Shown here: one piece after another, positions 21,850 through 32,684 of the stretch | Layout: each line of letters opens with the position of its first letter | How positions within the stretch are numbered: position 1 is the stretch's first letter | Assembly (NCBI RefSeq): GCF_001194135.2 | Contig: NC_068985.1 | Coordinates: forward strand, 66,021,579-66,054,262 | From: Octopus bimaculoides | Lineage: Eukaryota | Reading direction: 5' to 3' | DNA length: 32,684 nucleotides | Notes under the pieces: model-generated | What the model saw: the letters and a program-made list of their open reading frames with translations, nothing else | What the model was told of the DNA's origin: nothing | Databases searched by the model: none | Made by a program: the position numbers and the translations under genes

Positions 21850-23640
21850 CTTATCCTCAAAGAGCTGCATAAGGACTGCAAAACAGTACCGGACTCAGTC
21901 GTAAAAGAGATTAATAAAAAGACATGTGATTTAGGTTTTAACCTCGGTCTGAAATATAGGAGTGAAGCTTTCGAACTCAGACCACTTCACGTAATCTTGA
22001 AAGGTCACGAAGAAAATTTCGTCGCGAACTTTTCTGTTCGCCTCACTCGCTCCTCTGGCTCTGACATATGTAGATTAAGCAGTCACTTCAGATAGAGTAT
22101 TACTCCATCTTCGTTCTAAAATTCTGTAAAACATCACTGAGGCTATCCAGTGGTTTAGATCCTTAAGCACTAAAAATAGATATAAATTCGTTTAGATCAG
22201 TACTATTTTAGTGTTTCCCCATTCTGCTTAAAATGGCCCTAATATTCGCACTTAAAAATTCCAGCCTAAATATGTGGCTATCATTCTAGTAGCCCGTTGA
22301 ACAATTATCAAGTTTGATGGGAAATTTTGGGCCTGCAAGGACACCCCTGATTACTTCGAAATTCCAATAGGGGTTCGTGACTCGGCCTAGGTCACTGACC
22401 TTGTGGGATGTTACTTACTCCACTGTCTCTGGGATTACTACAGGGATGACACTCTGTTTGCGATCCAGAGTTGTAGCAACTGGAAAGTCGAATAATATCG
22501 TAAAAGAAATTAGATTCTTCTTTAAAAATGTAGACATTTGTGTCTCTATTAGCGCCAAACTTAAAACTACCGACTTTCTCCATGTCACTTCAGATCTACC
22601 AGGTGAAAACCTAAATTAGCTTTTTATTTAATCACCCCACCTCTGTCCTTAAAACAATCGTTGACAACGTGTCTTATAGGATTTTATCTCTATCCACCAG
22701 TAAAGAAATATTTGAGCTATACGCCGAATATTATAATAGTGCCCTAAATCGAGAGGGCTATAAGAACTCGATCAGGTATAATCCCTACATGGAGTACCCC
22801 TTCCTCTTGGACCTGGCACTGCGAAGTGCCAGGTCCAAGAGGAAGGGGTACTCCATGTAGCGATAAAAGCGAAGGGGTACTCCATGTAGCGAGTAAACCT
22901 CTCCCTTATTCCCCTAAACTTAACTATCGTGACAAACACGCTCGACACTCCTCCAACTATGGGATATTGGGTATAAACTCTGATGCTGCCCATAGACATC
23001 TACGTAAGCGTCTATCATCCAAAGAATAGAGGGTAGCCCCCTAAAACGCAGCAAACGTTTTAGTGGTGTAATCTGATTTCAACCTACTTTGCCCTTAATG
23101 TCCAAACTAGGTTACTCAAACTTTTCTTTGCACTGTTAGAAAAGTGCTTCGCTAAATCTAGTACTCTCAGGAAGATCTTCAACCCGCAGTTCATTAAATT
23201 ATCCTACTCCACCACGTCTAATGTAACTATGATTATTCGTCAGCTTAACAATATTCAATAACGAAACCCAGATGTGGGTAGCAATAGTAACGCAAATAGG
23301 GCACAATCTGACCCTCAATCTTCACTTGGTAATCCGAGGACCTCTTATAACCCTCTTACTGGAGTGGATATCTACCCCACTAGCGCTAACTCTAGTACTC
23401 TTCCCACTACCCATAACTGGCCCAGGGTTCAATCAGGCTACGCTGATTACTAAAGTAGCTATTAATGGAAGTGATATCACCAGATATGACAGCTACTATA
23501 AACTACATCCTTCAAATAGCTTCCTCCTCACCTTCATCACTGTACCTCATCACTCTAGAACCTGTGGCCTCTGTGATATCTGGCTAATGTCAGGTGGGAG
23601 AAACCTCGAAACTTCTCCTTTAGCAACTACAATAAAATTA
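21850..23640 (+). mobile_element. Penelope-like element relic (RT plus thumb; no GIY-YIG visible)
   Basis: Collinear PLE motifs: LHVILKGHEENF, EAIQWFRSL, FEIPIG, YRDDTL (RT catalytic), HPTSVLKTIVDNVSYRILSLST, YNSALNREGY, RKIFNPQFIKLSYSTT. Confidence 0.88.
22785..22860. repeat. Perfect 36-bp inverted repeat with a 4-nt loop, plus 22-bp direct repeat
   Basis: CTACATGGAGTACCCCTTCCTCTTGGACCTGGCACT-GCGA-AGTGCCAGGTCCAAGAGGAAGGGGTACTCCATGTAG. GAAGGGGTACTCCATGTAGCGA is repeated at 22842-22863 and 22871-22892. Confidence 0.98.
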
Positions 23641-23779
23641 TAAAAATTCAAATCCAAAATTTAAACAAGGCAACCAGCGTTCCCACCATGATGGAATAAC
23701 ATCATCAGTCTTCAATTTTCTAGTTTACAACTGGCAAAAAGAAAGAGAAAGAGAAAATAAAGAAAAGAAAAAAGAACAA

Positions 23780-24950
23780 GTAAAAGGAGGAATATTTAAT
23801 TAAACAGTTTTGTGTAAATATGATGAAATTCTCCTGTCATTTTATTCATCCCTCGAGGGTGTGATGTTAACAACACACAAACATATTTCTCCTCGTGCAT
23901 TTTGAGAACTAAAAGTGTAGCAGATTCAGAATATTTTCTGAGAATATGCACTGTCATGTCTTTTTGAAAATTGCAGCCGTTTGATGTAAAATGTTCTGCA
24001 AGTTCTGTCGAACTACTGTTATTGTGCCTCTTGAAGAGCAAAATATTAGGTTTTGTTTCATGAGCCATCTCTATTTCTTGCTTGAAGTAAATTTCGTTTA
24101 TGTACACCATGAATGCCTGTGAGACAAGTTTGTAATTCAGTAAGATATCTATATCTAATAATTATTGTCTATGAATTGTTTCAATTCTCAACAATTCTAT
24201 TTTCCTGCGCAATGAAATATATAATCTTACATATTTTCTTGTTGATCCCTTCATCGTTGCCTCGACAAGCGCAATGAATGCTAATATAAAAAGTCGTTTC
24301 ACAAACCTTGCCGAGGAAAATAATGATGGAATAATATCGTTTTTGTATTTGTCTAAACAAGTACCTATTTCTATATTGTTTTTTTTTATTGCTCCATGCA
24401 CGGAAGAAATATTTTGGTTCAGCGCCAGAAGAACAAAGGTCTGCGTAAGAAGTTTGTGTTTGTCAGCAATGACAGAGGACCGTAGTAGTCGTTGCATTCT
24501 GTAATCGAAGTTGAGTGACGTAAATTTCTACAGTCATTGGTCTTGGCTATTTTGGCCACTGGTATGTTTCAAAACAAACGATCTATATATACCTAATAGT
24601 TAGTCAAGAAAGAGCACCAAAGACAAAATCTTTAATAACATTTTAATGTGTTGTTTACAACTGGAATTCCAATGAGTTAAGTATCAGCTGTGTCTATTGT
24701 ATTTTCGCTTGCCAGATAGCAATTGATAAAAATCAAGTTCATATTGTTTCTGCCAGAGAACTATGGCTAGTTGCTTGCTGATATCCTCAATCCCTGACAA
24801 CAATTTGGCTTGGGTGTCTAAATTTACTTTCATATCTGAACACAGTGATTCAGACCTAATTCCCTGCCAGTAAGTTGATGGTTGGGACCATGCCACTTTT
24901 CTCCTACATGAATGATAACATAAAACTTGTAGAAACAGAAGTAATTAAGT
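23780..24950 (-). mobile_element. Second Penelope-like element relic (thumb, linker, GIY-YIG endonuclease)
   Basis: ORF 23796-24110 ELAEHFTSNGCNF...VHIL...EEKYVCVLLTSHPRGMN resembles the C-terminal half of a PLE GIY-YIG domain. ORF 24162-24497 resembles the linker, and YHSC...QGIRSESLCSD the thumb region. Confidence 0.7.
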
Positions 24951-25499
24951 ATGACCACATATCTTTGAAAATTACCAAAGGTGAACTTTTTCTATTCAGC
25001 ACCTAATGTTTTAAGTTTTAAGTTTATTTCATTAAATCAACACTCTTTGAATGCAATTAATGTCTCAATATATTTTCTCAACTTCACTTTTTATGAGAAG
25101 GGTAGGGTGCAAATATAAAAAAAAAAATGTTTCCCCAAGCGAGTGTGAAAGTAATTAAACTATCTATTGGAAAAAAATTTTAAAATAAATATTTATAAGA
25201 TAAAATTAAATACTATTTAAGTTACCGTTTCAGACATAAGAGTAACTGCTCTCATTTAACAAAATTTATAGATAAGAACTGTAAATGTCAAAGAAACCGA
25301 AAATGGGGAGAAAATTGGAAATGAAATTGTGTTGCTTTTTCAATGAAATTATCGAAATATTTCAAAGTAAAGCGATTGTCAACAGTTCTCGGAAACATAA
25401 TGTCAAGCAATATACATGTACTTCTGATAAGAATATTACCGCTAACTGTTTTCATGTATTTCATCTTCTGTCCCATTCCCTTTCTCTCTTTCTCTATGT

Positions 25500-25514
25500 G
25501 TACGCATGTATACA

Positions 25515-25546
<32 letters not shown>

Positions 25547-25568
25547 CATACATACATACATATACAGA
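25500..25568. repeat. (TACA)n microsatellite
   Basis: Directly visible. Confidence 0.95.
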
Positions 25569-26099
25569 CACATTTTTCCTTTCTTAAAATCATCATGATT
25601 AAATTTTATATTTTTCATTGAATCTCTAAATTCTGTTTAATAAATTTCATTAAAATTTGATCAAATTGAAGTTAAATGATCGAAGACTGGTAAAGATAAA
25701 TTGGCTTTCATTTTATACATTACATATTTACTTCATGGTTTTAAAAATCTTTTTCGTTTTTAAAATTGATAACAAGTCATTTCTTTTATTCACCGGCGCA
25801 ATAGATTTACTGAATTCGCAGGTGCAATTATTCCATTTTTCTTGTTATTGATGTTACATATTCACCGATCAGCTGATGTTCAAATAGTTAAGTCTTTATG
25901 TCATTTTTATTTTTTAAACTATGAATTAATATCATATGTAAGACAGAGATGGATGTGATGTGGCAGCATCTTATATGCATGCTGTGTCATGTGATGGGCT
26001 TAAATTGTTTTATGTCGGCTTCCGGTCCCTCATAGCCACATGATATCTTCAGTATCCCCACCTCTATCCACTGCCTTCCTCCCAAAGCCTCCTTTTTCT

Positions 26100-26187
26100 C
26101 TACCACTCCCGCTAGGCACCAGCGCCCACCTGGACCGCCTCAACTCCCACCGGGGTGGGGGTGTAGCGCCCACTTTGAGAACCAGTG
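26100..26187. mobile_element. One terminus of a hAT/Charlie-type element
   Basis: Ends CCCACTTTGAGAACCAGTG (near reverse complement of the Charlie TIR CAGTGGTTCTCAAA), followed by GTCTAGAA, matching the NTCTAGAN Charlie target consensus. The other end was not found. Confidence 0.45.
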
Positions 26188-26772
26188 GTCTAGAATAAGT
26201 GTAACATTTTCATACCCATAAGCGAGATGCAGACAAGTGTCAGCAGTTCTAAAATACTAAAGATATGCATTCAGTTTGTGACATTAAAATTTGCATTCGT
26301 TACATTTAGTTTTTTTTTATTTACTTTTTGCAAGTAAGATGAATAGTCATAGCTATAGTAAGCCGATGACGTCTAATGTAAGAGTTTCATAGAAATTAAA
26401 TATGTAAATTAACTTTAATAGACTAATAGCTAATTTCTTCAAATTATAATACCTTTTCTTAAGGAACCACAAACGCCATCCGCTAGGGTTTTGTTTTCTT
26501 TCTGCAGCTCAAAGGGATTATATAATTTAGTGCATCACTTTTTAACTACATAAATTCATTGCAATAACACGTTTCGGTTGTTTAGCTTAGCTCCAAACAA
26601 ATATCAGGCTCTCTTTCCTATTAGTATGTAAATTAACTCTACACGATTAGTTTTTAATTTCGGAAATTATCTCCATTTTATGCTTTTGTTTTTGTAAATC
26701 ACTTAAAACTGCCAGTAGGTTTTTGTTTTCTTTCTCTAACAAAGAAGGAAATCACATTTCCTTATGAATTTT

Positions 26773-26818
26773 TTATGCACAGCATTCATTATGCACAGCA
26801 TTCATTATGCACAGCATT
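26773..26818. repeat. 16-bp tandem repeat x ~3 (TTATGCACAGCATTCA)
   Basis: Directly visible. Confidence 0.95.
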
Positions 26819-27134
26819 TTAAAAATAATGGTGAGTGATTAAATAAAGATTTAACTTCTATTTCTGACATGGCAAGCAAACACGTACAAACCGTTGTTAA
26901 ATGCCATATGATTCAAAAACACATTTTATAGATCTTTGTTAAATGGGTATATTTAAAACAGTCCCTTTTCTTTAGAAAATTATTTACCTTCAAGAAACTT
27001 TAAGAGAAATTCACAGAAGTTAGAACATATTACAAAAAGCACAATCACAATCATACAACCGGATATCCTTATACACATGTATATACATGTAGACCATACA
27101 GAAACATACATTAGCCCACAAACACAAACATATA

Positions 27135-28599
27135 TTGGGTCATCCCATAAATAATGCGGTTTATTTTATACTTCTTTTATTTTTCAAAATTAGGATGACA
27201 TACATTGGTGAGACATCTAGAAGCATTGCGGATATACTAAACGGACATTTGAGACAATATGATGACAAAAAACAGTCCTCCATACTCTACCAACATACGT
27301 AAATGAGTGGAAATTGAACCGGTGAGTGTGCTAATTAATAAGGCATTAAAACAAAATGACTATCCCCAGAGAGAATAAAAGACAAACAAAGCTCTTTTTA
27401 AATCTAAAATATACTCTCCTTCATCCTCATTTTTGGTAGACTTGCAAGGCTCCTCTTCCAAAATTCACTTGTCCGTGACGAAAAATACTCCTCCCACCAG
27501 TTCTCTTCTGACCTCATCTACAAAATTCATGTTTTTTTTCCGTCTAAATGATTTTGCAGACTGCGGAATAAATGATAATCAGATGGGGCAATGTTTGGCG
27601 AATATGGTGGCTGGAGCATCGTTTCCCATTCAAATTCCTCCAGCCTTTGGAATGTCACCCTCGCTGTATGTGGCCGAGCCTTATCCTGATAGAAGAACAC
27701 CTTTCGTCTTGAAACCAAAGACGGTCGTTTTTCGTCTAGCGCTGACTTAAGCCGCTGAAGTTGCTTGCAGTAGATTCCTTTTATTATCGTTTGGCTTGGG
27801 TTTAAAAGTTCAAAGCGGAATAAACCTTTCATATCCCAACAAACAGATAACAACACCTTACGTGGGCGAAGACCTCCTTTAGCCTGAGGCGCCGGTATTT
27901 CTCCTTTCTCTACCCACTGTCTTCGGTGCTTGACATTTTTATAGAGAACCCATTTCTCGTAACTAGTCATTATTCGGTTCAACAAAGATTCATTAGTGAA
28001 ATGTGACAGCAAAGAAGAGCACACATTCACTCTCTGCGCGCGATTAGACTCGGAAAGCTTGTGAAGAACCCATTGACCCAATTTGCTGACTTTTCCGATG
28101 GCACGCAGGTGTCGATGAATGGTTGAATGACCAAATCCAAATTCTCTGCTACTTCCTCAACAATTACGTTGGGATTATTTTGTTCCACTAGTGTTTGCAG
28201 GACATCCTCGTCAAGCTCTACAGATCTTCCAGGACGAGGCTTGTCTTCTAGGCTGTACTTTCTGGCTCGGAATTTCTGGAACCATCGTTGACACTGGCTT
28301 ACGCTTAATGTCAGATCCCCATATACTGCATCAATATTCCTCGCAATTTCTGGTGCGTTGTTGCCTTTATCGAACTCATAAAGCAAAATATGTCGAATAT
28401 GCTGCTTTGTCACTTCCATTATAGCTTTGAAAAAATAACTGTTAAAATCGAACTGCACTCTTCAAAACTTGCACTAAAAATAAAGACAAGGTAAAATTTA
28501 TACCTGATTTTATAGCAAGTTGATACAGGTTATCCTGTACCCAGCCCGACTTTTAGTTCATGCAATTGAAGTAACTGCATTATTTATGGGATGACCCAA
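27135..28599 (-). mobile_element. Mariner transposon 3, full-length, frameshifted
   Basis: 27-bp TIRs TTGGGTCATCCCATAAATAATGC(G/A)GTT (1 mismatch), TA at 27133-27134 and 28600-28601. Transposase from ATG 28419: MEVTKQHIRH..., WVLHKL, MTSYEKW (first D mutated), QDKARPH, YSPNIAPSDYHLF. Confidence 0.97.
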
Positions 28600-28837
28600 T
28601 AGATACATAAGTAAATATTCATACACGCACATACATTGTCACCAAGAGATCTCAAGTTAACTCGTAGGAGACTTGCTCGAATCTCCTTGGGATTGCATGG
28701 CGACAATGTAACCATCATTTAACTAAAGTATCTTCGACCTGAAGAGTAGCTACTGGAGTACCCCTCTTCGAATAATTATTATTTCCGAGGTTCTGCTAAC
28801 CTGGATTTTACCTGCTCCATTCACTCAATTTGGACGG

Positions 28838-28838
<1 letters not shown>

Positions 28839-28892
<54 letters not shown>

Positions 28893-28915
28893 CACGCACG
28901 CACGCACACACACAT
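28839..28915. repeat. (CA)n microsatellite
   Basis: Directly visible. Confidence 0.97.
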
Positions 28916-29169
28916 ATATCGTCGTATCTAGGAAGAATCATTATGTCAATAGTAATAACACACGCACTGGTACAATTCCACTCCTTTATTATTAATCAAT
29001 TGGTTAAATTAATTGATCGTTTGTTTAACTTGTTGATTAAAGAGTCATTGTTTTGTTTTGTTTTTGTTTTTCGCCGAAGTTCTTTTGATTTGCAACCTTT
29101 TCAATGTCTTATTTCTTAGTTTGTTACAGAGGTCGCGTTTATCTGCTTGAGACCTTATTGCTTGTATAT

Positions 29170-29695
29170 GTGTAGAATATAGTAGGTGTGTGTGTATATA
29201 TGTGTGTAATTATCTGCTTGGGCATGTGCGTGCGTGCGTATGTATCTATAACTGTGTCCGTGTGTGTTTGTGTGTGTGTGTGCGTGTGTGTGCGTGCGTA
29301 TGTATGCATGTATGTATGTGTACGTGCGCGTGTGCGCGTGTGTGTATGTGAACGTCTGCTTCCGTGTGAGTGCCTGTGTATGTCTGTGTGTGTGTGTGTG
29401 TGTGTGTATGTCTTGTGTATATATGTGTGTGTGCCTGTGCATGTACATGTAATGTGCATGTATATACGTGGTGAGTGTGGTTGTGTGTTTCTCTGTCCTT
29501 GTGTGTGTGTGTGTGTGTGTGTGTGAGTGTGCTTAGGCGTGCGCGTATATCTGTACTACCTACTTACCTACCTACCTATTTATTTGCCTTTGTCCCCACC
29601 TATCTACCTATCTAGTTAATTAACTAACACTCTATATAATTAAGCTGACTACCTAAATACATATCTACTTATCTACCTACCTATTTATCTACCTG
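29170..29695. repeat. Degenerate (TG)n tract followed by (CTAC/CTAT)n
   Basis: Directly visible; source of the V/C-rich and H/T-rich spurious ORFs. Confidence 0.9.
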
Positions 29696-30054
29696 ACGGG
29701 TAGGTTAAAAAGTATTTTAACTGGATACAATGTTCTCCTATATAACTTAACTATATTATTTAAACTCTCTGTCTGGGAATATCAAACGTAACATTTCTTT
29801 GTCGACTCGCCAAAGAGTTTTCTTCAGTCATCGATGTTTTGTTTGCCTGCACGTACTGTTACCGGCATATCTGAAATTGTTGGAGGATAACCTACTCATG
29901 CTAGTCAATTGCAGGTTGAACAGCTGATCGCATGACAGGTTTAATAGCGCTAGCTATCGCAAATGTAGGTGGAATTTATACATAAAATACAGAGAAGTGG
30001 AATAGAGACCTCAATGCATCACGTTCGATACTATAACAACTTTTCTTATACTCT

Positions 30055-30160
30055 GGAACTGATGCTTATTTATTGACCCTCAAAAGAAAGAAAAGCAAAA
30101 TTGGCCACGGTGAGCTTTGAACATCAAGTGCTTGAATGGATATCACAAGACATTTTTGTC
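30055..30160 (-). mobile_element. Old degenerate SINE family B fragment
   Basis: CTGATGCTTATTTATTGACCCTCAAAAGAAAGAAAAGCAAAATTGGCCACGGTGAGCTTTGAAC aligns by eye with 20780-20845. Confidence 0.55.
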
Positions 30161-30654
30161 GGCAATTTAAATGATTTCCCCAATACACAGCCAAATATAA
30201 ATTGTAAATAAAAAGAAAAAGCTCAAAGCCTCCACCCTCACACATGTGGATAACTGTAGTAGTGTTTGATATCTGACATTATACGTAGCATTTACATTCC
30301 CGGTGAAAAATTAAGAGATAATATTCAACTTTGGTAATCTAAAATTTAATTATGAAGAGCATGGCGAAGATAACTTTTACATCATAGTTAGTCGTCAATG
30401 CGAGGTTTAAAAATTTCAATAATTCTCAAGTCAAATATAGCAATAACAAAATGAAGCAATAAGTTACTTTCATCTTAGATTCATCCTTCTTTTCGGCTTT
30501 GATTTCAAAAATTGACAGCACACCTGTAAGATAAGCACGTTAGTGCAGTGAAATAATATTCTCGCTTGTGTTATTCTGCATGTTTAGTAACAAAGTCTTA
30601 ATGTACAAAATACATATAGGGAGTGGGCAACATTTGGTATATCTATTTTCTCGC

Positions 30655-30736
30655 AAACACACACACACATACACGCACACACACGCACGCACACACACAC
30701 ACACAAATTCACACAAACANNNNNNNNNNATTTATG

Positions 30737-30767
<31 letters not shown>

Positions 30768-30810
30768 CTGTATGTATAATATAATATGTATATAATGTAT
30801 ATATAATATA
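30655..30810. repeat. (CA)n / gap / (TA)n microsatellites
   Basis: Directly visible; N run at 30720-30729. Confidence 0.9.
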
Positions 30811-31466
30811 ATGTAACCAAATATGAAACCGAAACAGCGCTAGAGTAATAAACATTATCAACCACATGTACTTATCGTATGCGGCAAGTGTATTTGCAGG
30901 TAGGCTGGGAATTGGCGTAGTGGAGAATACTTTCTCAAAGTGCCGAGTGTTGAAACAGTTGAAAGTCATGAACAGGCGAGATAACTCACCTCTACTCTCA
31001 TTTAGGAGTGATAAATATCGATGCTTCGCCATTTTAATGGTTTATCAACATCATGCACCCAAATATGATCAGCTATGAATTATATCATCAGTCGACGACT
31101 TATATACATATACCGTGAAAACTATGTGCAGGTATGCCCGGACAATGCTTACGTAAGAATAAATTCAAATATGAAATAGGATCAGCGATAGTATAGAAAC
31201 ATTATGAACCACATATACTAACGTATATGCTTCGTGTGGTTGATAATATAATATATTATAAATCTGATATAATATAATATAATATATTTATTAGGGTGTA
31301 GCGTTTTTTCACGATTTTCAATTTCATGATGAGAGTTGTGCAGAAAAGTTGTGAATGCACATCAAAATAACTGGTGTAAAATCTTAGAACTCTGCGACAA
31401 TATCTTCTGTCTCCACAAATACATCGAAAATTGGAAAAAGTGTAAAAGAACGCCATTATGTATTTA

Positions 31467-31787
31467 TTAGCTATGAAATACAGTTTTCATTGCATCTTCA
31501 TTTAAATGACTGTGACGAAATTGCTCTAAAATACGACTTTAACATGTTTTTTTTTCTGTGACTTCATCTTCTGCCTCCACAAGCGCTTCAAAATATGCAA
31601 AAATATCGTACATTTTGCAATTTATCAAATTCAGAAAATTTCTCATGTAAATTACAATACACCCCCGTCCCGCCTTGTAGAGGCAGAAGATGAAATCACA
31701 GAAATACCATGTTTAAGTCGTATTTTAGAGTAATTTCACCACAGTCATTTAAAAGAGGATGCAATGGAAACTGTATTTTATAGCTAA
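31467..31787. mobile_element. Fold-back / MITE-like element with ~118-bp inverted arms
   Basis: Left arm 31467-31585 (TTAGCTATGAAATACAG...CTGCCTCCACAAGCG) is an imperfect reverse complement of 31671-31787. Confidence 0.8.
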
Positions 31788-31863
31788 CTAGACTACCCGT
31801 GACCCGTTGGGTCACCGGGAAACTCTGAGTTTCTCAGCGACAGAGTTTTGTTTCGTGGGTTGG

Positions 31864-31982
31864 AAAGATTTGGCTGCTATTTCTTGCACGCCCTGCTATC
31901 AAGTAACAGGTATTTCGGGTCCTTTATCGCAAATAGCTTTTACGTGGTAGCAGGGCGTGCTAGAAATAGCGACCAAATCTTT
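31864..31982. mobile_element. Small inverted-repeat element (MITE-like)
   Basis: AAAGATTTGGCTGCTATTTCTTGCACGCCCTGCTA (31864-31898) vs 31948-31982 reverse complement: 32/35 identical. Confidence 0.75.
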
Positions 31983-32314
31983 GGATGTAAGATACGTTGA
32001 ATGCACTCTAAAAAACCTATTTCACACTGAGGTTACAAACAGGTCTTTTATGAAATATCTACCGTATTTTAAAAGTCATTTTCACTTTAGATCTTTTTTT
32101 AAACATGTCAAAAAATTTTTGTAATGGTATTCACTTGAAAATAATTTTAAAAAACATTAAAATATTGTCTGTTTAACCCTTGGTCTACCAGAGAAAATGT
32201 GTGTCACTAATTACCAACTGTAGTAAGATTTGGGAACTGAAGGAAAACGGAATTGAGTTTAGCCTTAAAAGGGAAATAATAAGAAAAACGCAGCCTTATA
32301 GAAATAATAGATAT

Positions 32315-32560
32315 GTGGGGTAGATGAGGCCCATTAGCCAAGTGAAGGCAACTTTTCTAGGAGAAGGACACTCCGACATAAAACCAGGTCCATGACTTCT
32401 GTGGGAGCAGACTGGGCTCTTTTTTTTTTATGAGGTCGTGGTTAGGACAACCAGTATAGGAGAATAAAACTCCGAATTCAAATTGATCTACCACTGCTGG
32501 CTTGCAGTCTCCTTTTGAGGAAAAGCCTAGGAGAGGATACTCTGATATAAAACCTGCAGT
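32315..32560 (+). mobile_element. LINE-type 5' leader-like sequence with three copies of a conserved motif
   Basis: CTAGGAGAAGG..ACTC.GA...AAACC-like motif at 32357-32385, 32456-32484 and 32527-32554. It resembles 5' leaders of RTE/Vingi-type LINEs as I recall them. Confidence 0.45.
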
Positions 32561-32684
32561 CAACTTAGTACTAGTCATCTTGCTCTCGCTTGTCACTGGA
32601 TTATACTATTTTGACCTAGAGAGTGGCAAAGGTGATGTACAAGCGTTTGTCACTAAAATCCAATGAAGTACAGATGTCCCCAAC

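Noticed and set aside
23667-23715. Minus-strand CTGATGA as a hammerhead at the end of the second Penelope
   Set aside because: No GAAA at the right spacing (GGAAC instead) and stems I and III do not pair; at best an eroded remnant.
28735-28775. CTGAAGAG...CTCTTCGAA hammerhead-like string
   Set aside because: The pairing consumes the core itself, and there is no GAAA, stem III or NUH.
29139-29526. H/T-rich and V/C-rich ORFs
   Set aside because: Translations of (CA)n/(TG)n microsatellite; the same applies to 25285-25621 and 30568-30865.
30990-31032. Possible first coding exon on the minus strand (AAAATGG start, MAKHRYLSLLNESR, AG|GTGAGT donor at 30989)
   Set aside because: Good signals, but only 43 nt with no recognisable protein or partner exon; compatible with chance in 32 kb.
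1-32684. CRISPR arrays, prokaryotic operons, rRNA or true tRNA genes
   Set aside because: None seen. The sequence is eukaryotic, and the tRNA-like boxes belong to SINE heads.

Overview
AT-rich, microsatellite-laden eukaryotic DNA with four assembly gaps. The SINE families, repeat content and composition look like an octopod cephalopod (Octopus); this is inferred from recalled repeat families, not verified. I found no intact host protein-coding gene: every recognisable ORF is a decayed transposon fragment or a microsatellite artefact. The window holds a nested stack of TE relics (RTE-like LINEs, a split hAT transposase, three mariner elements with TIRs, Penelope-like fragments, tRNA-derived SINEs, MITE/fold-back elements). 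Three things stand out. (1) A head-to-tail array (11908-17011) of three ~1.6-1.75 kb elements that encode only an L1/Tx1-type ORF1 (RRM-like region plus CCHC knuckle) with no reverse transcriptase. Their 3' end is homologous to the tail of a SINE in the same window, suggesting an ORF1-only non-autonomous retroelement family. (2) A type I hammerhead ribozyme motif with an intact core and palindromic stem III (19571-19626). (3) A perfect 36-bp hairpin inside a decayed Penelope element (22785-22860). Boundaries of decayed relics are approximate and all alignments were done by eye.
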